From Eimeria praecox (taxonomy: Eukaryota), in the NCBI GenBank assembly GCA_963920595.1, contig OY986948.1, positions 5,270,001 through 5,334,000 of the forward strand: a DNA stretch of 64,000 nt. The letters run 5' to 3'. A program made the position numbers and the translations under genes. Of this stretch, positions 1 through 12,100 are shown one piece after another (within the stretch, counting starts at the first letter, position 1; the number at the start of each line of letters is the position of its first letter). The notes under the pieces are model-generated. The model was not told the origin of the DNA. It made no database searches and saw nothing but the letters and a program-made list of their open reading frames with translations.

Positions 1-3000
1 ATGGTTTGTGTCTGGTGGGGATGTTGGAAGTTGGGTGGATGTTTGCTGGGTGTTGGGTGGTTTAGATTTATGCTGCGTTATGTCAGCTCTAGCACATGGA
101 GTGGTTTGTGGCTGGAGCGGTGGGTTCTGGTGTGGGAAGTGTTTGAGTGGAGTTGGGTATTGGTGGTGGCGAATAATGCGGTTGTGTATGCGTTGGATGC
201 AGTGTGGGGAGGCTTGAGGGCGTGTAGGGTGAAGAGTAGAGCGTGATAGTATATGAAGAGTGTCAGTGATTTGATTGGGCTGTTGTTTAGATGGGGAATG
301 AGCTGGGGACAGTGATTGTTGGAGAAGTTGTTATGTCGTTGTTTGAGGTGTGTGTTCAGGAGCAGCAAGTGGGTTTGGTGATGAGCAAGGACTAGGATAC
401 ATTCCGGGTGGTTTGTGTTTGATGGTTTGTGTCTGGTGGGGATGTTGGAAGTTGGGTGGATGTTTGCTGGGTGCTGGGTGGTTTAGATTTATGCTGCGTT
501 ATGTCAGCTCTAGCACATGGAGTGGTTTGTGGCTGGAGGGGTGGGTTCTGGTGTGGGAAGTGTTTGAGTGGAGTTGGGTATTGGTGGTGGCGAATAATGT
601 TGTATTGTATGCGTTGGATGTAGTGTGGGAAGGCTTGAGGGCGTGTAGGGTGAAGAGTAGAGCGTGAGAGTATATGATGAGTGTCAGTGATTTGATTGCG
701 CTGTTGTTTGGATGGGGAATGGGCTGGGGACAGTGATTGTTGGAGAAGTTGTTATGCCGTTGTTTGAGGTGTGTGTTCAGGAGCAGCAAGTGGGTTTGGT
801 GATGAGCAAGGACTAGGATACATTCCGGGTGGTTTGTGTTTGATGGTTTGTGTCTGGTGGGGATGTTGGAAGTTGGGTGGATGTTTGCTGGGTGTTGGAT
901 GGTTTAGATTTGTGTTGCGTTATGTCAGCTCTAGCACATGGAGTGGTTTGTGGCTGGAGCGGTGGGTTCTGGTGTGGGAAGTGTTTGAGTGGAGTTGGGT
1001 ATTGGTGGTGGCGAATAATGTTGTATTGTATGCGTTGGATGCAGTGTGGGAAGCCTTGAGGGCGTGTAGGGTGAAGAGTAGAGCGTGATAGTATATGATG
1101 AGTGTCAGTGATTTGATTGGGCTGTTGTTTAGATGGGGAATGGGCTGGGGACAGTGTTTGTTGGAGAAGTTGTTATGCCGTTGTTTGAGGTGTGTGTTCA
1201 GCAGCAGCAAGTGGGTTTGGTGATGAGCAAGGACTAGGATACATTCCGGGTGGTTTGTGTTTGATGGTTTGTGTCTGGTGGGGATGTTGGAAGTTGGGTG
1301 GATGTTTGCTGGGTGTTGGGTGGTTTAGATTTATGCTGCGTTATGTCAGCTCTAGCACATGGATTGGTTTGTGGCTGGAGCGGTGGGTTCTGGTGTGGGA
1401 AGTGTTTGAGTGGAGTTGGGTACTGGTGGTGGCGAATAATGTTGTAGTGTATGCGTTGGATGCAGTGTGGGGAGGCTTGAGGGCGTGTAGGGTGAAGAGT
1501 AGAGCGTGATAGTATATGAAGAGTGTCAGTGATTTGATTGGGCTGTTGTTTAGATGGGGAATGAGCTGGGGACAGTGATTGTTGGAGAAGCTGTTGTGTC
1601 GTTGTTTGAGGTGTGTGTTCAGGAGCAGCAAGTGGGTTTGGTGATGAGCAAGGACTAGGATACATTCCGGGTGGTTTGTGTTTGATGGTTTGTGTCTGGT
1701 GGGGATGTTGGAAGTTGGGTGGATGTTTGCTGGGTGTTGGGTGGTTTAGATTTATGCTGCGTTATGTCAGCTCTAGCACATGGATTGGTTTGTGGCTGGA
1801 GCGGTGGGTTCTGGTGTGGGAAGTGTTTGAGTGGAGTTGGGTATTGGTGGTGGCGAATAATGCGGTTGTGTATGCGTTGGATGCAGTGTGGGGAGGCTTG
1901 AGGGCGTGTAGGGTGAAGAGTAGAGCGTGATAGTATATGAAGAGTGTCAGTGATTTGATTGGGCTGTTGTTTAGATGGGGAATGAGCTGGGGACAGTGAT
2001 TGTTGGAGAAGTTGTTATGTCGTTGTTTGAGGTGTGTGTTCAGGAGCAGCAAGTGGGTTTGGTGATGAGCAAGGACTAGGATACATTCCGGGTGGTTTGT
2101 GTTTGATGGTTTGTGTCTGGTGGGGATGTTGGAAGTTGGGTGGATGTTTGCTGGGTGTTGGGTGGTTTAGATTTATGCTGCGTTATGTCAGCTCTAGCAC
2201 ATGGAGTGGTTTGTGGCTGGAGCGGTGGGTTCTGGTGTGGGAAGTGTTTGAGTGGAGTTGGGTATTGGTGGTGGCGAATAATGTTGTATTGTATGCGTTG
2301 GATGTAGTGTGGGAAGGCTTGAGGGCGTGTAGGGTGAAGAGTAGAGCGTGAGAGTATATGATGAGTGTCAGTGATTTGATTGCGCTGTTGTTTGGATGGG
2401 GAATGGGCTGGGGACAGTGATTGTTGGAGAAGTTGTTATGCCGTTGTTTGAGGTGTGTGTTCAGCAGCAGCAAGTGGGTTTGGTGATGAGCAAGGACTAG
2501 GATACATTCCGGGTGGTTTGTGTTTGATGGTTTGTGTCTGGTGGGGATGTTGGAAGTTGGGTGGATGTTTGCTGGGTGTTGGATGGTTTAGATTTGTGTT
2601 GCGTTATGTCAGCTCTAGCACATGGAGTGGTTTGTGGCTGGAGCGGTGGGTTCTGGTGTGGGAAGTGTTTGAGTGGAGTTGGGTATTGGTGGTGGCGAAT
2701 AATGTTGTATTGTATGCGTTGGATGCAGTGTGGGAAGCCTTGAGGGCGTGTAGGGTGAAGAGTAGAGCGTGATAGTATATGATGAGTGTCAGTGATTTGA
2801 TTGGGCTGTTGTTTAGATGGGGAATGGGCTGGGGACAGTGTTTGTTGGAGAAGTTGTTATGCCGTTGTTTGAGGTGTGTGTTCAGCAGCAGCAAGTGGGT
2901 TTGGTGATGAGCAAGGACTAGGATACATTCCGGGTGGTTTGTGTTTGATGGTTTGTGTCTGGTGGGGATGTTGGAAGTTGGGTGGATGTTTGCTGGGTGT

Positions 3001-6000
3001 TGGGTGGTTTAGATTTATGCTGCGTTATGTCAGCTCTAGCACATGGAGTGGTTTGTGGCTGGAGCGGTGGGTTCTGGTGTGGGAAGTGTTTGAGTGGAGT
3101 TGGGTACTGGTGGTGGCGAATAATGTTGTAGTGTATGCGTTGGATGCAGTGTGGGGAGGCTTGAGGGCGTGTAGGGTGAAGAGTAGAGCGTGATAGTATA
3201 TGAAGAGTGTCAGTGATTTGATTGGGCTGTTGTTTAGATGGGGAATGAGCTGGGGACAGTGATTGTTGGAGAAGCTGTTGTGTCGTTGTTTGAGGTGTGT
3301 GTTCAGGAGCAGCAAGTGGGTTTGGTGATGAGCAAGGACTAGGATACATTCCGGGTGGTTTGTGTTTGATGGTTTGTGTCTGGTGGGGATGTTGGAAGTT
3401 GGGTGGATGTTTGCTGGGTGTTGGGTGGTTTAGATTTATGCTGCGTTATGTCAGCTCTAGCACATGGAGTGGTTTGTGGCTGGAGCGGTGGGTTCTGGTG
3501 TGGGAAGTGTTTGAGTGGAGTTGGGTATTGGTGGTGGCGAATAATGCGGTTGTGTATGCGTTGGATGCAGTGTGGGGAGGCTTGAGGGCGTGTAGGGTGA
3601 AGAGTAGAGCGTGATAGTATATGAAGAGTGTCAGTGATTTGATTGGGCTGTTGTTTAGATGGGGAATGAGCTGGGGACAGTGATTGTTGGAGAAGTTGTT
3701 ATGTCGTTGTTTGAGGTGTGTGTTCAGGAGCAGCAAGTGGGTTTGGTGATGAGCAAGGACTAGGATACATTCCGGGTGGTTTGTGTTTGATGGTTTGTGT
3801 CTGGTGGGGATGTTGGAAGTTGGGTGGATGTTTGCTGGGTGTTGGGTGGTTTAGATTTATGCTGCGTTATGTCAGCTCTAGCACATGGAGTGGTTTGTGG
3901 CTGGAGCGGTGGGTTCTGGTGTGGGAAGTGTTTGAGTGGAGTTGGGTATTGGTGGTGGCGAATAATGTTGTATTGTATGCGTTGGATGTAGTGTGGGAAG
4001 GCTTGAGGGCGTGTAGGGTGAAGAGTAGAGCGTGAGAGTATATGATGAGTGTCAGTGATTTGATTGCGCTGTTGTTTGGATGGGGAATGGGCTGGGGACA
4101 GTGATTGTTGGAGAAGTTGTTATGCCGTTGTTTGAGGTGTGTGTTCAGCAGCAGCAAGTGGGTTTGGTGATGAGCAAGGACTAGGATACATTCCGGGTGG
4201 TTTGTGTTTGATGGTTTGTGTCTGGTGGGGATGTTGGAAGTTGGGTGGATGTTTGCTGGGTGTTGGATGGTTTAGATTTGTGTTGCGTTATGTCAGCTCT
4301 AGCACATGGAGTGGTTTGTGGCTGGAGCGGTGGGTTCTGGTGTGGGAAGTGTTTGAGTGGAGTTGGGTATTGGTGGTGGCGAATAATGTTGTATTGTATG
4401 CGTTGGATGCAGTGTGGGAAGCCTTGAGGGCGTGTAGGGTGAAGAGTAGAGCGTGATAGTATATGATGAGTGTCAGTGATTTGATTGGGCTGTTGTTTAG
4501 ATGGGGAATGGGCTGGGGACAGTGTTTGTTGGAGAAGTTGTTATGCCGTTGTTTGAGGTGTGTGTTCAGCAGCAGCAAGTGGGTTTGGTGATGAGCAAGG
4601 ACTAGGATACATTCCGGGTGGTTTGTGTTTGATGGTTTGTGTCTGGTGGGGATGTTGGAAGTTGGGTGGATGTTTGCTGGGTGTTGGGTGGTTTAGATTT
4701 ATGCTGCGTTATGTCAGCTCTAGCACATGGATTGGTTTGTGGCTGGAGCGGTGGGTTCTGGTGTGGGAAGTGTTTGAGTGGAGTTGGGTACTGGTGGTGG
4801 CGAATAATGTTGTAGTGTATGCGTTGGATGCAGTGTGGGGAGGCTTGAGGGCGTGTAGGGTGAAGAGTAGAGCGTGATAGTATATGAAGAGTGTCAGTGA
4901 TTTGATTGGGCTGTTGTTTAGATGGGGAATGAGCTGGGGACAGTGATTGTTGGAGAAGCTGTTGTGTCGTTGTTTGAGGTGTGTGTTCAGGAGCAGCAAG
5001 TGGGTTTGGTGATGAGCAAGGACTAGGATACATTCCGGGTGGTTTGTGTTTGATGGTTTGTGTCTGGTGGGGATGTTGGAAGTTGGGTGGATGTTTGCTG
5101 GGTGTTGGGTGGTTTAGATTTATGCTGCGTTATGTCAGCTCTAGCACATGGATTGGTTTGTGGCTGGAGCGGTGGGTTCTGGTGTGGGAAGTGTTTGAGT
5201 GGAGTTGGGTATTGGTGGTGGCGAATAATGCGGTTGTGTATGCGTTGGATGCAGTGTGGGGAGGCTTGAGGGCGTGTAGGGTGAAGAGTAGAGCGTGATA
5301 GTATATGAAGAGTGTCAGTGATTTGATTGGGCTGTTGTTTAGATGGGGAATGAGCTGGGGACAGTGATTGTTGGAGAAGTTGTTATGTCGTTGTTTGAGG
5401 TGTGTGTTCAGGAGCAGCAAGTGGGTTTGGTGATGAGCAAGGACTAGGATACATTCCGGGTGGTTTGTGTTTGATGGTTTGTGTCTGGTGGGGATGTTGG
5501 AAGTTGGGTGGATGTTTGCTGGGTGTTGGGTGGTTTAGATTTGTGCTGCGTTATGTCAGCTCTAGCACATGGAGTGGTTTGTGGCTGGAGGGGTGGGTTC
5601 TGGTGTGGGAAGTGTTTGAGTGGAGTTGGGTATTGGTGGTGGCGAATAATGTTGTATTGTATGCGTTGGATGCAGTGTGGGGAGGCTTGAGGGCGTGTAG
5701 GGTGAAGAGTAGAGCGTGATAGTATATGAAGAGTGTCAGTGATTTGATTGGGCTGTTGTTTAGATGGGGAATGAGCTGGGGACAGTGATTGTTGGAGAAG
5801 CTGTTGTGTCGTTGTTTGAGGTGTGTGTTCAGGAGCAGCAAGTGGGTTTGGTGATGAGCAAGGACTAGGATACATTCCGGGTGGTTTGTGTTTGATGGTT
5901 TGTGTCTGGTGGGGATGTTGGAAGTTGGGTGGATGTTTGCTGGGTGTTGGGTGGTTTAGATTTATGCTGCGTTATGTCAGCTCTAGCACATGGAGTGGTT

Positions 6001-7413
6001 TGTGGCTGGAGCGGTGGGTTCTGGTGTGGGAAGTGTTTGAGTGGAGTTGGGTATTGGTGGTGGCGAATAATGCGGTTGTGTATGCGTTGGATGCAGTGTG
6101 GGGAGGCTTGAGGGCGTGTAGGGTGAAGAGTAGAGCGTGATAGTATATGAAGAGTGTCAGTGATTTGATTGGGCTGTTGTTTAGATGGGGAATGAGCTGG
6201 GGACAGTGATTGTTGGAGAAGTTGTTATGTCGTTGTTTGAGGTGTGTGTTCAGGAGCAGCAAGTGGGTTTGGTGATGAGCAAGGACTAGGATACATTCCG
6301 GGTGGTTTGTGTTTGATGGTTTGTGTCTGGTGGGGATGTTGGAAGTTGGGTGGATGTTTGCTGGGTGTTGGGTGGTTTAGATTTATGCTGCGTTATGTCA
6401 GCTCTAGCACATGGAGTGGTTTGTGGCTGGAGCGGTGGGTTCTGGTGTGGGAAGTGTTTGAGTGGAGTTGGGTATTGGTGGTGGCGAATAATGTTGTATT
6501 GTATGCGTTGGATGTAGTGTGGGAAGGCTTGAGGGCGTGTAGGGTGAAGAGTAGAGCGTGAGAGTATATGATGAGTGTCAGTGATTTGATTGCGCTGTTG
6601 TTTGGATGGGGAATGGGCTGGGGACAGTGATTGTTGGAGAAGTTGTTATGCCGTTGTTTGAGGTGTGTGTTCAGCAGCAGCAAGTGGGTTTGGTGATGAG
6701 CAAGGACTAGGATACATTCCGGGTGGTTTGTGTTTGATGGTTTGTGTATGGTGGGGATGTTGGAAGTTGGGTGGATGTTTGCTGGGTGTTGGATGGTTTA
6801 GATTTGTGTTGCGTTATGTCAGCTCTAGCACATGGAGTGGTTTGTGGCTGGAGCGGTGGGTTCTGGTGTGGGAAGTGTTTGAGTGGAGTTGGGTATTGGT
6901 GGTGGCGAATAATGTTGTATTGTATGCGTTGGATGCAGTGTGGGAAGCCTTGAGGGCGTGTAGGGTGAAGAGTAGAGCGTGATAGTATATGATGAGTGTC
7001 AGTGATTTGATTGGGCTGTTGTTTAGATGGGGAATGGGCTGGGGACAGTGTTTGTTGGAGAAGTTGTTATGCCGTTGTTTGAGGTGTGTGTTCAGCAGCA
7101 GCAAGTGGGTTTGGTGATGAGCAAGGACTAGGATACATTCCGGGTGGTTTGTGTTTGATGGTTTGTGTCTGGTGGGGATGTTGGAAGTTGGGTGGATGTT
7201 TGCTGGGTGTTGGGTGGTTTAGATTTATGCTGCGTTATGTCAGCTCTAGCACATGGATTGGTTTGTGGCTGGAGCGGTGGGTTCTGGTGTGGGAAGTGTT
7301 TGAGTGGAGTTGGGTACTGGTGGTGGCGAATAATGTTGTAGTGTATGCGTTGGATGCAGTGTGGGGAGGCTTGAGGGCGTGTAGGGTGAAGAGTAGAGCG
7401 TGATAGTATATGA
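1..7413. repeat. 4-monomer HOR (1684 bp) with an 8-monomer (3368 bp) super-period
   Basis: Marker AAGCCTTGAG at 1051, 2735, 4419 (1684-bp steps), then 6945. GGGTACTGG sits in the following monomer each time. The GGATTGG allele is at 1361/1782 and 4729/5150, while GGAGTGG is at 3045/3466. The TTTATGCTG allele is confined to this domain. Confidence 0.9.
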
Positions 7414-9133
7414 TGAGTGTCAGTGATTTGATTGTGCTGTTGTTTGGATGGGCGAGGGGCTGCGGACAGCGAGGGTTGGAGAAGTTGTTATGTCGTTGTT
7501 TGAGGTGTGTGTTCAGGAGCAGCAAGTGGGTTTGGTGATGAGGAAGGACTAGGATACATTCCGGGTGGTTTGTGTTTGATGGTTTGTGTCTGGTGGGGAT
7601 GTTGGAAGTTGGGTGGATGTTTGCTGGGTGTTGGATGGTTTAGATTTGTGTTGCGTTATGTCAGCTCTAGCACATGGATTGGTTTGTGGCTGGAGCGGTG
7701 GGTTCTGGTGTGGGAAGTGTTTGAGTGGAGTTGGGTATTGGTGGTGGCGAATAATGTTGTATTGTATGCGTTGGATGTAGTGTGGGGAGGCTTGAGGGCG
7801 TGTACGGTGAAGAGTAGAGCGTGATAGTATATGATGAGTGTCAGTGGTTTGATTGCGCTGTTGTTTAGATGGGAGAGGAGCTGCGCACAGTGTTTGTTGG
7901 AGAAGTTGTTATGTCGTTGTTTGAGGTGTGTGTTCAGGAGCAGCAAGTGGGTTTGGTGATGAGCAAGGACTAGGATACATTCCGGGTGGTTTGTGTTTGA
8001 TGGTTTGTGTCTGGTGGGGATGTTGGAAGTTGGGTGGATGTTTGCTGGGTGTTGGATGGTTTAGATTTGTGTTGCGTTATGTCAGCTCTAGCACATGGAT
8101 TGGTTTGTGGCTAGAGCGATGGATGCTGGTGTGGGAAGTGTTTGAGTGGAGTTGGGTATTGGTGGTGGCGAATAATGCGGTTGTGTATGCGTTGGATGCA
8201 GTTTGGGGAGGCTTGAGGGCGTGTAGGGTGAAGAGTAGAGCGTGATAGTATATGATGAGTGTCAGTGATTTGATTGGGCTGTTGTTTAGATGGGGAATGG
8301 GCTGGGGACAGTGATTGTTGGAGAAGTTGTTATGTCGTTGTTTGAGGTGTGTGTTCAGGAGCAGCAAGTGGGTTTGGTGATGAACAAGGACTAGGATACA
8401 TTCCGGGTGGTTTGTGTTTGATGGTTTGTGTCTGGTGGGGATGTTGGAAGTTGGGTGGATGTTTGCTGGGTGTTGGGTGGTTTAGATTTGTGCTGCGTTA
8501 TGTCAGCTCTAGCACATGGATTGGTTTGTGGCTGGAGCGGTGGGTTCTGGTGTGGGAAGTGTTTGAGTGGAGTTGGGTATTGGTGGTGGCGAATAATGTT
8601 GTATTGTATGCGTTGGATGTAGTGTTGGAAGGCTTGAGGGCGTGTAGGGTGAAGAGTAGAGCGTGAGAGTATATGATGAGTGTCAGTGATTTGATTGGGC
8701 TGTTGTTTGGATGCGGGAGGGGCTGGGGGCAGCGAGGGTTGGAGAAGATGTTATGTCGTTGTTTGAGGTGTGTGTTCAGGGGCAGCAAGTGGGTTTGGTG
8801 ATGAGGAAGGACTAGGATACATTCCGGGTGGTTTGTGTTTGATGGTTTGTGTCTGGTGGGGATGTTGGAAGTTGGGTGGATGTTTGCTGGGTGTTGGATG
8901 GTTTAGATTTGTGTTGCGTTATGTCAGCTCTAGCACATGGATTGGTTTGTGGCTAGAGCGATGGATGCTGGTGTGGGAAGTGTTTGAGTGGAGTTGGGTA
9001 TTGGTGGTGGCGAATAATGTTGTATTGTGTGCGTTGGATGTAGTGTGGGGAGGCTTGAGGGCGTGTAGGGTGAAGAGTAGAGCGTGAGAGTATATGATGA
9101 GTGTCAGTGATTTGATTGTGCTGTTGTTTGGAT

Positions 9134-9159
9134 GGGGGAGGGGCTGGGGACAGCGAGGG
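9134..9159 (+). other. Representative canonical G-quadruplex motif (G5-A-G4-CT-G4-ACAGCGA-G3), present in one monomer class
   Basis: GGGGGAGGGGCTGGGGACAGCGAGGG fits four G3+ tracts with loops of 1-7 nt. It recurs in many monomers from ~9.1 kb to ~62.2 kb. This is a sequence motif only; folding is not shown. Confidence 0.7.
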
Positions 9160-12100
9160 TTGGAGAAGATGTTATGTCGTTGTTTGAGGTGTGTGTTCAG
9201 CAGCAGCAAGTGGGTTTGGTGATGAACAAGGACTAGGATACATTCCGGGTGGTTTGTGTTTGATGGTTTGTGTCTGGTGGGGATGCTGGAAGTTGGGTGG
9301 ATGTTTGCTGGGTGTTGGGTGGTTTAGATTTGTGCTGCGTTATGTCAGCTCTAGCACATGGATTGGTTTGTGGCTGGAGCGGTGGGTTCTGGTGTGGGAA
9401 GTGTTTGAGTGGAGTTGGGTATTGGTGGTGGCGAATAATGTTGTATTGTATGCGTTGGATGTAGTGTGGGAAGGCTTGAGGGCGTGTAGGGTGAAGAGTA
9501 GAGCGTGATAGTATATGATGAGTGTCAGTGATTTGATTGTGCTGTTGTTTGGATGGGGGAGGGGCTGGGGACAGCGAGGGTTGGAGAAGATGTTATGTCG
9601 TTGTTTGAGGTGTGTGTTCAGCAGCAGCAAGTGGGTTTGGTGATGAGCAAGGACTAGGATACATTCCGGGTGGTTTGTGTTTGATGGTTTGTGTCTGGTG
9701 GGGATGTTGGAAGTTGGGTGGATGTTTGCTGGGTGTTGGATGGTTTAGATTTGTGTTGCGTTATGTCAGCTCTAGCACATGGATTGGTTTGTGGCTGGAG
9801 CGGTGGGTTCTGGTGTGGGAAGTGTTTGAGTGGAGTTGGGTATTGGTGGTGGCGAATAATGTTGTATTGTATGCGTTGGATGTAGTGTGGGGAGGCTTGA
9901 GGGCGTGTAGGGTGAAGAGTAGAGCGTGATAGTATATGATGAGTGTCAGTGATTTGATTGTGCTGTTGTTTGGATGGGCGAGGGGCTGCGGACAGCGAGG
10001 GTTGGAGATGTTGTTATGTCGTTGTTTGAGGTGTGTGTTCAGGAGCAGCAAGTGGGTTTGGTGATGAGGAAGGACTAGGATACATTCCGGGTGGTTTGTG
10101 TTTGATGGTTTGTGTCTGGTGGGGATGTTGGAAGTTGGGTGGATGTTTGCTGGGTGTTAGATGTTTTAGATGTGTGTTGCGTTATGTCAGCTCTAGCACC
10201 TGGAGTGGTTTGTGGCTGGAGCGGTGGGTTCTGGTGTGGGAAGTGTTTGAGTGGAGTTGGGTATTGGTGGTGGCGAATAATGTTGTATTGTATGCGTTGG
10301 ATGTAGTGTGGGGAGGCTTGAGCGCGTGCAGGGTGAAGAGTAGAGCGTGATAGTATATGATGAGTGTCAGTGGTTTGATTGCGCTGTTGTTTAGATGGGG
10401 AATGGGCTGGGGACAGTGATTGTTGGAGAAGTTGTTATGCCGTTGTTTGAGGTGTGTGTTCAGGGGCAGCAAGTGGGTTTGGTGATGAGCAAGGACTAGG
10501 ATACATTTCGGGTGGTTTGTGTTTGATGGTTTGTGTATGGTGGGGATGTTGGAAGTTGGGTGGATGTTTGCTGGGTGTTGGGTGGTTTAGATTTGTGTTG
10601 CGTTATGTCAGCTCTAGCACATGGAGTGGTTTGTGGCTAGAGCGATGGATGCTGGTGTGGGAAGTGTTTGAGTGGAGTTGGGTATTGGTGGTGGCGAATA
10701 ATGCGGTTGTGTATGCGTTGGATGCAGTGTGGGAAGGCTTGAGGGCGTGTAGGGTGAAGAGTAGAGCGTGAGAGTATATGATGAGTGTCAGTGATTTGAT
10801 TGTGCTGTTGTTTGGATGGGTGAGGGGCTGGGGACAGCGAGGGTTGGAGAAGTTGTTATGTCGTTGTTTGAGGTGTGTGTTCAGGGGCAGCAAGTGGGTT
10901 TGGTGATGAGCAAGGACTAGGATACATTCCGGGTGGTTTGTGTTTGATGGTTTGTGTATGGTGGGGATGTTGGAAGTTGGGTGGATGTTTGCTGGGTGTT
11001 GGATGGTTTAGATTTGTGTTGCGTTATGTCAGCTCTAGCACATGGAGTGGTTTGTGGCTGGAGCGATGGATGCTGGTGTGGGAAGTGTTTGAGTGGAGTT
11101 GGGTATTGGTGGTGGCGAATAATGTTGTATTGTATGCGTTGGATGTAGTGTGGGGAGGCTTGAGGGCGTGCAGGGTGAAGAGTAGAGCGTGAGAGTATAT
11201 GATGAGTGTCAGTGATTTGATTGCGCTGTTGTTAGGATGGGGAATGGGCTGGGGACAGCGAGGGTTGGAGAAGTTGTTATGTCGTTGTTTGAGGTGTGTG
11301 TTCAGGGGCAGCAAGTGGGTTTGTTTGGTGATGAGCAAGGACTAGGATACATTCCGGGTGGTTTGTGTTTGATGGTTTGTGTATAGTGGGGGATGTTGGA
11401 AGTTGGGTGGATGTTTGCTGGGTGTTGGATGGTTTAGATTTGTGTTGCGTTATGTCAGCTCTAGCACATGGATTGGTTTGTGGCTGGAGGGGTGGGTGCT
11501 GGTGTGGGAAGGGTTTGAGTGGAGTTGGGTATTGGTGGTGGCGAATAATGTTGTATTGTATGCGTTGGATGCAGGGTGGGAAGGCTTGAGGGCGTGTAGG
11601 GTGAAGAGTAGAGCGTGATAGTATATGATGAGTGTCAGTGATTTGATTGCGCTGTTGTTTGGATGGGGAATGGGCTGGGGACAGTGAGGGTTGGAGAAGT
11701 TGTTATGTCGTTGTTTGGGGTGTGTGTTCAGCAGCAGCAAGTGGGTTTGGTGATGAGGAAGGACTAGGATACATTTCGGGTGGTTTGTGTTTGATGGTTT
11801 GTGTATGGTGGGGATGTTGGAAGTTGGGTGGATGTTTGCTGGGTGTTGGATGGTTTAGATTTGTGTTGCGTTATGTCAGCTCTAGCACATGGATTGGTTT
11901 GTGGCTGGAGCGATGGATGCTGGTGTGGGAAGTGTTTGAGTGGAGTTGGGTATTGGTGGTGGCGAATAATGTTGTATTGTATGCATTGGATGTAGTGTGG
12001 GGAGGCTTGAGGGCGTGCAGGGTGAAGAGTAGAGCGTGAGAGTATATGATGAGTGTCAGTGATTTGATTGGGCTGTTGTTTAGATGAGGAATGGGCTGGG

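Noticed and set aside
78..368. 96-aa - strand ORF (MLLLNTHLKQRH...) and its 143/152-aa read-through variants
   Set aside because: The start is non-ATG and the H/T/P/N-rich composition reflects the C/A-rich strand, which is depleted of stop codons. It overlaps the + ORF and shows no coding signature.
380..421. CENP-B box near ATTCCGGG
   Set aside because: The TTCG-N4-A-N2-CGGG pattern is not met on either strand of the consensus monomer.
1..421. 5S rRNA, tRNA or snRNA tandem gene unit
   Set aside because: No recognisable RNA gene sequence on either strand, and the extreme G/C skew leaves little capacity for stem pairing.
1..421. Monomer as a dimer of ~210-bp halves
   Set aside because: The halves do not align by eye. 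Only short shared motifs exist (TGGTTTGTG, GTTTGAG, TGTCAG, TTTAGAT), as expected from low-complexity composition, apart from the ~117/190 sub-repeat reported as a finding.
350..667. 105-aa + strand ORF (MCSGAASG...VKSRA) repeated in nearly every monomer
   Set aside because: It has a GTG start and a W/G/V/C/L-rich composition dictated by the GT-rich strand, with no recognisable domain. The frame shifts every monomer (421 mod 3 = 1). Copies with stops or frameshifts (e.g. 23505, 43298, ~40880, 46245, 50034) are propagated like any other variant.
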